From Acidimicrobiaceae bacterium (GTDB taxonomy: Bacteria > Actinomycetota > Acidimicrobiia > Acidimicrobiales > Aldehydirespiratoraceae): a DNA stretch of 64,000 nt. Location of the stretch: positions 17,440-81,439 of the forward strand of contig VXYK01000030.1 in NCBI GenBank assembly GCA_009845995.1, written 5' to 3'. Below, in pieces: positions 28,744-37,162 of the stretch; position 1 is the first letter of the stretch; every line of letters begins with the position of its first letter. Both the position numbers and the translations under genes were made by a program. Below the pieces are notes generated by a model, which searched no databases, was not told the DNA's origin, and saw only the letters and a list, made by a program, of their open reading frames with translations.

Positions 28744-29912
28744 GACGCAGCCCGCACGTCTGGAGACCCGACACGCTCACGGTCTGCACCGTTGCGCAAA
28801 CGGGGGATCACATGGTCGGCAATGTTGCGGATCGTCTCCAACTGGGCTTGCTGGGGAACGGTGCCCATCTGACACAAGAACATGATCTCATCGGCTCCCG
28901 CCTCGACCAGTCTCTTCACGTAGCCCAGGCAGTCGTCCACCGTGCCGTAACCGTGGTTGGGGTTGCGCAGAGCCATAGCCGGATCCGACAAGTCGACTCG
29001 GACCTCCTCAGAACCGATCGACGCCTCAACCACCGCAGAACCGTCAGTCACCGTGTCCTCGGGTTCAACCCACGATGCTGGATCGGGTAACGGCGTCGCA
29101 CCGTTGCTTCCCCAATGACCGATCGATTCCAGAAAGAACCTCTGGCCCCGGATCCCCAGGCGGCGAGCCTCCGCTCCATCATCGAGCACGATCGCGGGGC
29201 ACAGGGCAGACAGGTGTTCAGTGGGCCGGCTGCCCACCTGCTCGGCCGGGTCCCGCCCGGCGAATGCCTGGCGATACACCCGGTTCTTCTCCGCTACCTG
29301 GTCCGGGCCACCGAAGCCGAGGACCAGCGCGCCGATACCGCGACGGCCGGCGTCGCTGAGCGTGTCGGTGTGGGTGCACGCCTGATACAGCGGCGGATGC
29401 GGCACCTGCAACGGCTTGGGATGGATCTCCCGGGGCGGCACATTGATGAACTCCCCGCGGTGCTCCACGATGTCCTCGGTCCAGAAGCGGGGAACTAGAC
29501 GCATCGCCTCGTCGATCATGGGCGGAAGGTCGGCCTTTCGGTAGCCGAAAGTGCCCGCTTCCTGCTCGGTGCCTCCCTTTCCGAATCCGACATGGAGACG
29601 ACCTCCCGACAAGATGTCCAGGGTGGCGCAGCGCTCGGCCACCTTCACCGGATGGTTCAACTTGGGTGGCAGGCAGATCACTCCGTGACCGATCCCGATG
29701 CGTTTGGTCGCACCGGCCACATAAGCCAGGAAGGTCTCAGGTGCCGACATGTGCGCATACATCGTCAGCGCAGTGTGCTCGACCGCCCATACGACATCGA
29801 ACCCGCACTCCTCGGCCAACAGAACTTGCTCTACGGTCTCCTCGAACACCCGGTGGTCGCCGGTTCGCGTGGGGTCGGCAGTCTGAGCCTCATAGATGAG
29901 CGAGAACTTCAT
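28740..29912 (-). CDS. Luciferase-like (LLM class) flavin/F420-dependent monooxygenase
   Basis: Track ORF extends to 29972. I place the start at the ATG at 29912 (MKFSLIYEAQT) because a TTGACA-N17-CATAAT promoter ends 7 nt upstream. LLM blocks are FDVVWAVEHT and LDILSGGRLHVGFGKG. Confidence 0.82.
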   Translation of the reverse strand: MKFSLIYEAQTADPTRTGDHRVFEETVEQVLLAEECGFDVVWAVEHTALTMYAHMSAPETFLAYVAGATKRIGIGHGVICLPPKLNHPVKVAERCATLDILSGGRLHVGFGKGGTEQEAGTFGYRKADLPPMIDEAMRLVPRFWTEDIVEHRGEFINVPPREIHPKPLQVPHPPLYQACTHTDTLSDAGRRGIGALVLGFGGPDQVAEKNRVYRQAFAGRDPAEQVGSRPTEHLSALCPAIVLDDGAEARRLGIRGQRFFLESIGHWGSNGATPLPDPASWVEPEDTVTDGSAVVEASIGSEEVRVDLSDPAMALRNPNHGYGTVDDCLGYVKRLVEAGADEIMFLCQMGTVPQQAQLETIRNIADHVIPRLRNGADRERVGSPDVRAAS

Positions 29913-29919
29913 GCTCCGC

Positions 29920-29948
29920 ATTATGTGGCCATTGGCCACACTTGTCAA
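29920..29948 (-). promoter_or_regulatory. Sigma70-like promoter for the LLM operon (TTGACA-17 nt-CATAAT), apparently leaderless
   Basis: The minus strand reads ggTTGACAagtgtggccaatggccaCATAATgcggagcATGAAG. The -35 is at complement 29943-29948 and the -10 at complement 29920-29925. The start codon follows 7 nt after the -10. Confidence 0.55.
29924..29940. promoter_or_regulatory. Operator palindrome 1: TGTGGCCA-T-TGGCCACA
   Basis: Perfect 8+1+8 palindrome lying exactly in the -35/-10 spacer of the LLM promoter, in the divergent TetR/LLM intergenic region. Confidence 0.6.
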
Positions 29949-29956
29949 CCCCTTAT

Positions 29957-29973
29957 TGTGGCCAACGGCCACA
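29957..29973. promoter_or_regulatory. Operator palindrome 2: TGTGGCC-AAC-GGCCACA
   Basis: Second 7+3+7 palindrome 33 nt (centre to centre) from the first. Both are preceded by TTAT. It lies upstream of a TGtTAACCT extended -10-like element that ends 7 nt before the TetR GTG. Confidence 0.55.
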
Positions 29974-29993
29974 CACGCTGTTAACCTAAGGGA

Positions 29994-30563
29994 GTGCCAG
30001 CGGCGCCAGAGCCTAAGCCCACCGGGCGCGACGAGATAATCTCGGTATCACTCGACGCCGCGGAACGTCTGTACGGGCGCTACGGCCTAGCAAACGTGTC
30101 GCTGAGGGCCATCGCCGAAGAGGCCGGAGTCACCTACAGCCTCCTCAACCGCCACCTAGGCACCAAAGAGCAGATCCTCGAAACACTGCTGATCCGCAGC
30201 GAACAACGCTGGCGCGACAGAGTCACCGACATGGACCTTGCCGAGACGCTCGGCGAGTTGCTCGGACCCGACCCAGACGCAGGTTCATACCTCAGGATGC
30301 TCGCCAATTCCCTGCTCACCAGTCACGGAACCCCACCAGAAGGCCACCTAGCCCATTCCGAAATGCACCGACTGGTCTCGCTGGCCGAGAACGCCGAACT
30401 GCCCGACGGCATCGACCCCACCACCGCGACCGCAGCCGCGCTGGCGCTCATCTTCGGCTGGCGGTTCTTCAACCCCTACATCGTGGCCGCGCTGAAGCTC
30501 ACCGACGCCACAGCCACCGAAGAACTTCACACCGCCATACACCGCCTCCTGACCGTCCCTTAG
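29994..30563 (+). CDS. TetR/AcrR family transcriptional regulator
   Basis: The N-terminal HTH is NVSLRAIAEEAGVTYSLLNRHLGTKEQIL. It is divergent from the LLM operon. Confidence 0.88.
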   Translation: MPAAPEPKPTGRDEIISVSLDAAERLYGRYGLANVSLRAIAEEAGVTYSLLNRHLGTKEQILETLLIRSEQRWRDRVTDMDLAETLGELLGPDPDAGSYLRMLANSLLTSHGTPPEGHLAHSEMHRLVSLAENAELPDGIDPTTATAAALALIFGWRFFNPYIVAALKLTDATATEELHTAIHRLLTVP

Positions 30564-30613
30564 CAGGTTCTGCAACACCCGATCGTCTCGCGGGTCGGGG
30601 TACGGTTTGCGGC

Positions 30614-31330
30614 ATGTGCGGTCGGTTCGTCTCCAATACCCCGCCCGATGAGTTGGCACAGCTCTTACGAGCCAGAGCGCCCGATCCGGGGGTCGCCTTG
30701 GATCCCAGCTACAACATCGCCCCGACCCAGCTCGTGCACGCCGCACGTGAGACCGGCGGTGTGCGTCGACTCGACATACTGCGCTGGGGGCTGGTGCCGT
30801 ACTGGGCCAAAGACCCCGGCATCGGCGCACGCATGATCAACGCCCGCGCCGAAACCGCCGCCACCAAGAACGCTTTCCGCAACTCGCTCGCCAGACGGCG
30901 CTGCATCATCGGTGCCGACGGGTTCTACGAATGGCAGCGCACCGTGGACTCCAAGGGCTCCAAGCGCAAACAACCGTTCTTCATCAACCACGCCGACGAC
31001 GAACCGTTCGCTTTCGCCGGGTTGTGGGAGATATGGCGCGACCGAGACCACCTCGATGCCGACGGACAACCCCTCGAAGTGCACTCCTGCACAATCCTCA
31101 CCTGCGCCGCCAACGAAGCGATTGCAAAGATCCACGACCGCATGCCCGTGATTCTCCCCAGCGACACCTGGGACTTCTGGCTCGACCCAGCCAACACCGA
31201 CCTCCAGGCAACAGCCGAACTGCTGGTGCCGGCCCCAGCCGACTCGATCCGCGCTCATCGGGTATCAACCGACGTCAACAACGTCCGCAACGACGGCCCC
31301 CACCTGATCGACCCTCTAGAAACACCGTGA
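30614..31330 (+). CDS. SOS response-associated peptidase (SRAP / YedK family)
   Basis: Starts with MCGRF (catalytic Cys2). Also YNIAPTQ, RWGLVPYWAKD, INARAET, and FAFAGLWE. Confidence 0.88.
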   Translation: MCGRFVSNTPPDELAQLLRARAPDPGVALDPSYNIAPTQLVHAARETGGVRRLDILRWGLVPYWAKDPGIGARMINARAETAATKNAFRNSLARRRCIIGADGFYEWQRTVDSKGSKRKQPFFINHADDEPFAFAGLWEIWRDRDHLDADGQPLEVHSCTILTCAANEAIAKIHDRMPVILPSDTWDFWLDPANTDLQATAELLVPAPADSIRAHRVSTDVNNVRNDGPHLIDPLETP

Positions 31331-31350
31331 ACCCTCTAGAAACACCGTGA
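31311..31350. repeat. Perfect tandem duplication 2 x 20 nt (ACCCTCTAGAAACACCGTGA)
   Basis: 31311-31330 is identical to 31331-31350. The first copy encodes the last residues plus the TGA of the SRAP gene. Confidence 0.95.
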
Positions 31351-31404
31351 GATCTCGTGTCGGTCGCGGATCTGGCGTGTGTCGCCGTGCGGTAGCGTGA
31401 ACTG

Positions 31405-31905
31405 ATGCGCTCACGGAAGTGGCAGGCGGTAGGAATTGTCATCGCCGTGGTACTGGCGCTTGATCAGCTCTCCAAGGAATGGGCCATCAATCGACTGAGC
31501 GGTGGCCGGATCATCGAAATCCTCCCGACGCTCGAGCTGGACCTTACCTACAACAGCGGTTTCTCGTTCGGGACCGGCGCTGGCCACGGGCCGCTGGTCG
31601 GCACTCTGGTCATCGCCCTGTGCGGATTCATCTGCTGGCGACTGTGCATCGAAACCATCACCGCCCGAGCCGCGATACTCTCAGCGATCCTCGGAGGAGC
31701 ACTCGGCAACCTAATAGACCGGGTACTACGCGCTGACGACGGCCTGCTCTCCGGCGATGTCGTCGACTTCATTGACGTCACCTGGTACGCGGTTTTCAAT
31801 GTCGCCGACATGTTCGTCGTATGCGGTTGTATTGTGCTTGTGCTCTACGAATTGCGGCATCGCTCCGACGCCGCCGAACTGCCTTTGGGCGAAGAATCAT
31901 CTTGA
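31405..31905 (+). CDS. lspA: Lipoprotein signal peptidase (signal peptidase II)
   Basis: Four TM segments with the conserved blocks YNSGFSFG and VVDFIDV..W..FNVADMF. Confidence 0.88.
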   Translation: MRSRKWQAVGIVIAVVLALDQLSKEWAINRLSGGRIIEILPTLELDLTYNSGFSFGTGAGHGPLVGTLVIALCGFICWRLCIETITARAAILSAILGGALGNLIDRVLRADDGLLSGDVVDFIDVTWYAVFNVADMFVVCGCIVLVLYELRHRSDAAELPLGEESS

Positions 31906-32651
31906 CGGTCCACACCCCCACAGAAACCGAACAACCAGCCACCCAGAAGGCGATTCTCAAACATCGCCGGGGCAGCCGCTGGATGCACTGGATCAACTTT
32001 CCGTTGATCGTCATCATGGTCTGGAGCGGCCTTCGCATCTACTGGGCAGAAGACGTTTACGCCTTCGGGATTCTCGACTGGGAATGGTTCAAGTTCTTCC
32101 CCGAGAGCTTCTACGAGTCGCTTGATCTGAACCGCCGACTCGCCCGCGGTCTGGCGTTTCACTTCAACTTCGCCTGGCTGTTCACGATCAACGGACTCGC
32201 TTTCGTCATCTACACCTGGCGCACGGGCGAGTGGCGCGAACTTGCGCCCAATAGACGGTCGCTGCGCGGTTCGCTCGACGTCCTGTTGCACGACCTGCGC
32301 ATACGCAAGGAAGAACCGCCAAAAAGAGGGCGCTACAACGAAGCTCAGCGGCTCACCTACTCGCTGGTGATCCTGCTCGGAGCTCTGGCCATCCTCAGCG
32401 GCTTCGCAATATTCAAACCAACCCAAGTTTTCCCGTTGACCTGGATACTCGGCGGCTACACGTCAGCCCGAATCATCCACTTCACGGTGACTATCGCTTT
32501 CATGCTGTTCTTCGTCGTCCACGTCCTGCAGGTGGCGCGAGCCGGGTGGCGCAACTTCACCAGCATGGTCACCGGCTATGAACTAGTCGATATCGAACCC
32601 CCAGAGTCCGCAGAGACCACAGCGTCCACAGAGGAGACTGCCGATGTCTGA
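31902..32651 (+). CDS. Cytochrome b-type membrane subunit (cytochrome b561 / PhsC-like)
   Basis: Track ORF 31821..32651. The TTG at 31902 overlaps the lspA stop (TTGA). MHWINFPLIVIMVWSGLRIYW, with His residues in TM helices. It is paired with the downstream Moco oxidoreductase. Confidence 0.65.
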   Translation: MTVHTPTETEQPATQKAILKHRRGSRWMHWINFPLIVIMVWSGLRIYWAEDVYAFGILDWEWFKFFPESFYESLDLNRRLARGLAFHFNFAWLFTINGLAFVIYTWRTGEWRELAPNRRSLRGSLDVLLHDLRIRKEEPPKRGRYNEAQRLTYSLVILLGALAILSGFAIFKPTQVFPLTWILGGYTSARIIHFTVTIAFMLFFVVHVLQVARAGWRNFTSMVTGYELVDIEPPESAETTASTEETADV

Positions 32652-33393
32652 GAAATCAGAGATCTCAGTTGAGGCCTACCGGCAACGATCCCGCCGCTCG
32701 TTGTTGACAGGAGGCGCGGCTGCGTTGGCCGGTTTGTTCGGCTGGCGTTGGGTGCAAACGCAGCCCGAAACCAACAACATCCCCGGCGTGCTGCGCAGTG
32801 GACACGAATTCAACGAATCCGTGTGGTCGAAACTGTTCCGAGAGGACCATCAGGCACGCACCTTCGACCGCGACGCCGCCTCGATCCTGCGGCTCAACGG
32901 GCGGCTCGGCCTGAGATCGGAGATCGACCTCGACAACTGGCAGCTCACCGTCAAAGGACCTGACGGCGCCGAGTTGGGTCGGCACGTGCTCGACGACATC
33001 AAGCGGCTTCCCTACCACGAGATGACCATCGAGCATAAGTGCATCGAGGGCTGGGCTCAGATCACAAACTGGGGCGGTGCGCGGTTCAGCGACTTCATGG
33101 CGCTCTACGAGAACCAACTCCCCGACAACATCAGCGACGTATACCTGGAGACCCCCGACGGCCGGTACTACGTGAGCGTCGACATCCAGACGATGCGCCA
33201 CAAACAGACACTGCTTGCCTACGACAACCTCGGAGAGCCGATCGACGAACTCCACGGCGCGCCGCTGCGCTTGGCGACGCCGCTCAAGTACGGCATCAAA
33301 CAACTCAAGCGGATCGGTGAGATCCAGTTCCTGACCGAACCGGGCGGCGACTATTGGGGCGAGCGCGGCTACGACTGGTACGCCGGACTCTGA
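32644..33393 (+). CDS. Molybdopterin-dependent oxidoreductase (sulfite-oxidase fold, MsrP/YedY-like) with Tat signal
   Basis: Twin-arginine leader is QRSRRSLLTGGAAALAGLFG. HKCIEGWAQITNWGGARFSDF and PLRLATPLKYGIKQLKRI are typical of the Oxidored_molyb domain. It overlaps the cytochrome b stop by 8 nt. Confidence 0.8.
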   Translation: MSEKSEISVEAYRQRSRRSLLTGGAAALAGLFGWRWVQTQPETNNIPGVLRSGHEFNESVWSKLFREDHQARTFDRDAASILRLNGRLGLRSEIDLDNWQLTVKGPDGAELGRHVLDDIKRLPYHEMTIEHKCIEGWAQITNWGGARFSDFMALYENQLPDNISDVYLETPDGRYYVSVDIQTMRHKQTLLAYDNLGEPIDELHGAPLRLATPLKYGIKQLKRIGEIQFLTEPGGDYWGERGYDWYAGL

Positions 33394-33397
33394 GCCT

Positions 33398-33892
33398 GTG
33401 GGGCTCGCCGACTATCCGACCGACGAAGCCCTGATGGGGATCGCCATCGACGAGGCTCGGCTGGCAACCACCCACGGTGACGTGCCGGTCGGAGCGCTGG
33501 TAGTAGTAGACGGCCGGATCATCGCCCGCCGCCACAACGAACGAGAGGCATCGAACGACCCGACCGCGCACGCAGAACTGCTGGCCGTTCGGGACGCCGC
33601 CCGGGCGCTCGACTCCTGGCGACTAGACGGCGCCACCGTCGTATGCACCCTTGAGCCCTGCTGCATGTGCGCCGGTGCGCTGCAACAGGCCCGCGTCGCC
33701 CGAGTCGTCTACGGCGCGGCGGACCTCAAAGCCGGCGCCTGCGGATCGCTGTACAGCATCGGCAGCGATCCTCGACTGAACCACGAGTTCGTCACCCGCC
33801 ACGGAGTGCGGGCCGAAGAATGCGCCGCGCTGCTCAGCGACTTCTTCGCCACCCGTCGCGCCGAAACATCCGATAGCAGTGATCGTGGTTGA
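33398..33892 (+). CDS. tadA: tRNA adenosine(34) deaminase
   Basis: CDA zinc motifs HAELLAV and PCCMCAGAL. Size and layout are typical of TadA. Confidence 0.88.
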   Translation: MGLADYPTDEALMGIAIDEARLATTHGDVPVGALVVVDGRIIARRHNEREASNDPTAHAELLAVRDAARALDSWRLDGATVVCTLEPCCMCAGALQQARVARVVYGAADLKAGACGSLYSIGSDPRLNHEFVTRHGVRAEECAALLSDFFATRRAETSDSSDRG

Positions 33893-35267
33893 GACAGCAC
33901 GATCACTGTGGCTCGATGAACTCACCGCAGAAGGTACGGCGCTGCCCTCCCGGGCGGCACTGCAAGGCGATCACCAAGTCGACGTGGCGATCGTGGGCGG
34001 CGGGTTCACCGGTCTATGGACCGCCTACTATCTGGCTCGACTGGACCCTTCGCTGACGGTGCTGGTGATCGAGAAGACCCACGTCGGATTCGGTGCTTCA
34101 GGGCGCAACGGGGGCTGGGTGGTCGGTGAACTGGCTGCAGGCATCGAAAAATACGCCGAACGCAGTGGCATCGACGAGTCGCTCCGACTGACCAGAGCGA
34201 TTTTCGACGCGGTCGATGAGGTCGGACGAATAGTCGACACCGAGACGATCGACTGCGGGTTTGCCAAAGGCGGAGTGATCCGCATGGCCCGCAACCAACC
34301 TCAGCTTCAGCGTCAGATCGAAGAAGTCGCCCACCACCACGAACTCGGTATAACCGACGAAGAGATCCGCCTGCTCGACAAGCAGGAAACCGAGGCGATC
34401 ATCAACGCCACCGGAATCCTCGGCGGCATCATGTTCGCGCCCTGCGCCGCGGTCGATCCTGCCCGCTTGGTGCTGGGCCTCGCTACGGCCTGCGAGAAAG
34501 CAGGCGTCACGATCGTGGAACGCACCGCCGCGGAGGCAATCGGCCCGCGTCAAGTCGTCACGGAAACCGGCACGATCAGCGCCTCGGTCGTCGTGCAGGC
34601 GACAGAGGCGTACACCCGGGACCTCAAAGGCCAGCGGCGGCGACTCGCACCGTTCTATTCGCGGATGATCGCCACAGAACCCTTGAGCGAAGACGTGCTG
34701 GCCCAGATCGGGTTGGTTGATCGCCCGACTTTTGCCGACGACCGGCACATGGTCATCTACGGCCAACGAACCAGCGACGGGCGTATAGCTTTCGGAGGCA
34801 GGGGCGTGCCCTACCTGTACGGATCGAGGATCAGCCCGTCGATGGAGGTGCGACCCGATTCGCATCGCCTGGTACACGAGGCGTTGGTAGACCTGTTCCC
34901 GATCCTCGCCGACACCAAGATCACCCACCGCTGGGGCGGTGTGCTAGGAGTGCCACGCAACTGGACACCGTTCATCGACTACGACCGAGCCAATGGCATC
35001 GCCACTGCCGGTGGTTATGTCGGCGAGGGGGTGGCCGCTGCCAATCTCGCCGGTCGGACCGTCGCCGACTTGATCACCGACACCGACTCTGAGCGGATCG
35101 ACCTGCCCTGGGTGGCGCCGGCGAGCCGCTCCTGGGAACCGGAACCCCTGAGGTGGCTCGGTGTACGCGGCAGCCGGCGGATCATGGCCAGAGCCGACGA
35201 CATAGAGAATCGCCGCGGTAGCGAAGCCCGCTTGGCAATGGCAATCAGTCGCTGGCTCCGCGGTTGA
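33879..35267 (+). CDS. FAD-dependent oxidoreductase (DAO family, gamma-glutamylputrescine oxidase-like)
   Basis: Rossmann dinucleotide fold VDVAIVGGGFTGLWTAYYL, 462 aa. GTG start overlaps the tadA end. Confidence 0.82.
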   Translation: MIVVETARSLWLDELTAEGTALPSRAALQGDHQVDVAIVGGGFTGLWTAYYLARLDPSLTVLVIEKTHVGFGASGRNGGWVVGELAAGIEKYAERSGIDESLRLTRAIFDAVDEVGRIVDTETIDCGFAKGGVIRMARNQPQLQRQIEEVAHHHELGITDEEIRLLDKQETEAIINATGILGGIMFAPCAAVDPARLVLGLATACEKAGVTIVERTAAEAIGPRQVVTETGTISASVVVQATEAYTRDLKGQRRRLAPFYSRMIATEPLSEDVLAQIGLVDRPTFADDRHMVIYGQRTSDGRIAFGGRGVPYLYGSRISPSMEVRPDSHRLVHEALVDLFPILADTKITHRWGGVLGVPRNWTPFIDYDRANGIATAGGYVGEGVAAANLAGRTVADLITDTDSERIDLPWVAPASRSWEPEPLRWLGVRGSRRIMARADDIENRRGSEARLAMAISRWLRG

Positions 35268-35285
35268 GCACCCACCGGCGTGGAG

Positions 35286-35918
35286 CTACGCCCGATAATC
35301 CGGGTTGTGCCAGACAATCAGAACCGAGTTGTTGCCAACGGTCGGGTCCTCGACATAGTCGGGCAAAGCGCCAAGGGCGATAAATCCGTTGTTGAGCTGA
35401 AAGCTCAACGTCGGATCCTGGAGTTCGCCCGCCACCACTTTGTCGATGTAGGTGTCCGCGCTCATGTCGTGAAAGTGGTCGGCGTAGCCGGGGAGGACTC
35501 CGCCGGCGACAATGCCCCGCTTGTTGAGCCGGCGAACACAGTCTTTGCGCAGCTCATACAGCCGACGACCGATCCCTCGACCCCGGTACTCCGGATAAAC
35601 GGAAATATCAGTGCCGTAGTACCACGGATTGTCGATGTCATGGTTCGAAACGCCGTCCTCACCGCATACGTCGGCCAGGGAGTGCTCGGTGTGCTCGAAA
35701 TCGAACTCGACGAGAATGCCCAGGCCCATGCCGATCGGTCGGCCGTCGTCGAGAACCACAAAGTTGCCTTCCGGGAATGTTCGCGCCAGGAGCTCCAACT
35801 CGGCTGCGTCATAAAGGTCGACTGGGTCGATAGTCGAGAACACCGACAGCTCGAGTTCTTCAAGGGCCTCGGCATACTCCGCCGAAAGGTGGACGTACTC
35901 CAGGTCACTCATCGTCAC
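35286..35918 (-). CDS. GNAT family N-acetyltransferase
   Basis: Acetyl-CoA binding motif A is VYPEYRGRGIGRRLY. Confidence 0.75.
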   Translation of the reverse strand: MTMSDLEYVHLSAEYAEALEELELSVFSTIDPVDLYDAAELELLARTFPEGNFVVLDDGRPIGMGLGILVEFDFEHTEHSLADVCGEDGVSNHDIDNPWYYGTDISVYPEYRGRGIGRRLYELRKDCVRRLNKRGIVAGGVLPGYADHFHDMSADTYIDKVVAGELQDPTLSFQLNNGFIALGALPDYVEDPTVGNNSVLIVWHNPDYRA

Positions 35919-35946
35919 AGCGTTCCTTCAGCACAAACAGCCTGAG

Positions 35947-37035
35947 TCACGCTAGGAACTCGACGTGTTGGAACTCGTTCATCGACGGAAGCCCCCAAAC
36001 AGCCCAGAAGTCCTTCGTTTTCGGGCGCATCACAACCGCACCCGACGACTCGACATGGTAGGGGTCCACAGCAACCTGACAGACCGCCGAGTCGCGGGTC
36101 AGCGCCATCAGATCTTGTTCGGTTACAACCTCACGGTCGAGCTTTTGCTGCGCCGCATTGAGGCGACTTTTTGAGTTCTTGTCTAGATCACGCGGCCTAG
36201 GGGCTTCCACCGCTCCGGCAGAATCGGCGAGCGTGTGGTTGGTGTGGGCGACCGGGTCCGCGGCAACCACCCTCACCGGTCGGGCGCTGGGCATCGCCTC
36301 AATGTTGTAACCCACGCCCTCAGCGTCGAACACCAAAAAGTTGTGTCCACCTGCCAGGTCTGCATCGAGGATGGCGTCACGAGCGGCGTCCGCTGAGGAT
36401 TGTTCGAGAGCGTCGCGCACAACCTGTGTCCAAACAACGCCGGGGGTGCCGTCGTTGGCAGTGAGGTTGTTGATTCCGACGCAAACACCGAGTTCGTTCA
36501 TGCCGATCTGACCCAGCGCCCCCGTGGTGGTGAAAACCAGGGCTCCGGGAGCGTCATCGGGTTTGATCCGCAGCAGAATCACGTAGTCGGTGGCGCTGGC
36601 ATGCATGTCCCACGTTTGGGCCAGATATCCCGACCCGCCTCCAAGATGGTCCGGAACAATGGCCGCGGTGCAGTCATCCGCGACAACGGTCCCCGGGTGT
36701 GATCCGCCGACCACTGCCCGCACCGTGTCCACGAAATCTGTGAAACCACCCACAACCACCGCTTCCGCGGCCGAAATCTTCGCGGCGTCAGCCATGGTCA
36801 CCATCTCGGCATAGAGCCGCGGCGAGTGCCGTTCATGGGCCGGAAGCATCGACTCCGCCAAGTCGAGCACATCGCTTTGTTTCATCGGTCCACCCGACCA
36901 CAGACCTTCGGCCACCAAACCAACACGTTCCGCGGTGTAGCGCCGGATCTCTTCGCCGAATCCGTGCCCGTGCGCGAAGCCCATCGCCTCAGGCGTGCCT
37001 TCAAGGTCGACGATACGGATGGCGGGACGCTGCAC
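35947..37035 (-). CDS. C45 family peptidase / acyl-CoA:6-aminopenicillanic-acid acyltransferase-like (Ntn hydrolase)
   Basis: 362 aa. N-terminal GTPEAMGFAHGHGFGEEI, then an internal DDCTAAIV (candidate self-processing Cys), then GMNELGVCVGINNL. Assignment is by overall pattern only. Confidence 0.6.
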   Translation of the reverse strand: MQRPAIRIVDLEGTPEAMGFAHGHGFGEEIRRYTAERVGLVAEGLWSGGPMKQSDVLDLAESMLPAHERHSPRLYAEMVTMADAAKISAAEAVVVGGFTDFVDTVRAVVGGSHPGTVVADDCTAAIVPDHLGGGSGYLAQTWDMHASATDYVILLRIKPDDAPGALVFTTTGALGQIGMNELGVCVGINNLTANDGTPGVVWTQVVRDALEQSSADAARDAILDADLAGGHNFLVFDAEGVGYNIEAMPSARPVRVVAADPVAHTNHTLADSAGAVEAPRPRDLDKNSKSRLNAAQQKLDREVVTEQDLMALTRDSAVCQVAVDPYHVESSGAVVMRPKTKDFWAVWGLPSMNEFQHVEFLA

Positions 37036-37162
37036 GAATCTATTGTGAACTACTCATCCGAAAGCCACAAGCGAAATTGTCAACTAATCCGGTTGCGCTA
37101 AGCCCAAATTTGATGTTGAATCCGTCTTACAGGGTGAACCGTCCAACCGAGGGGGCTGGCGA

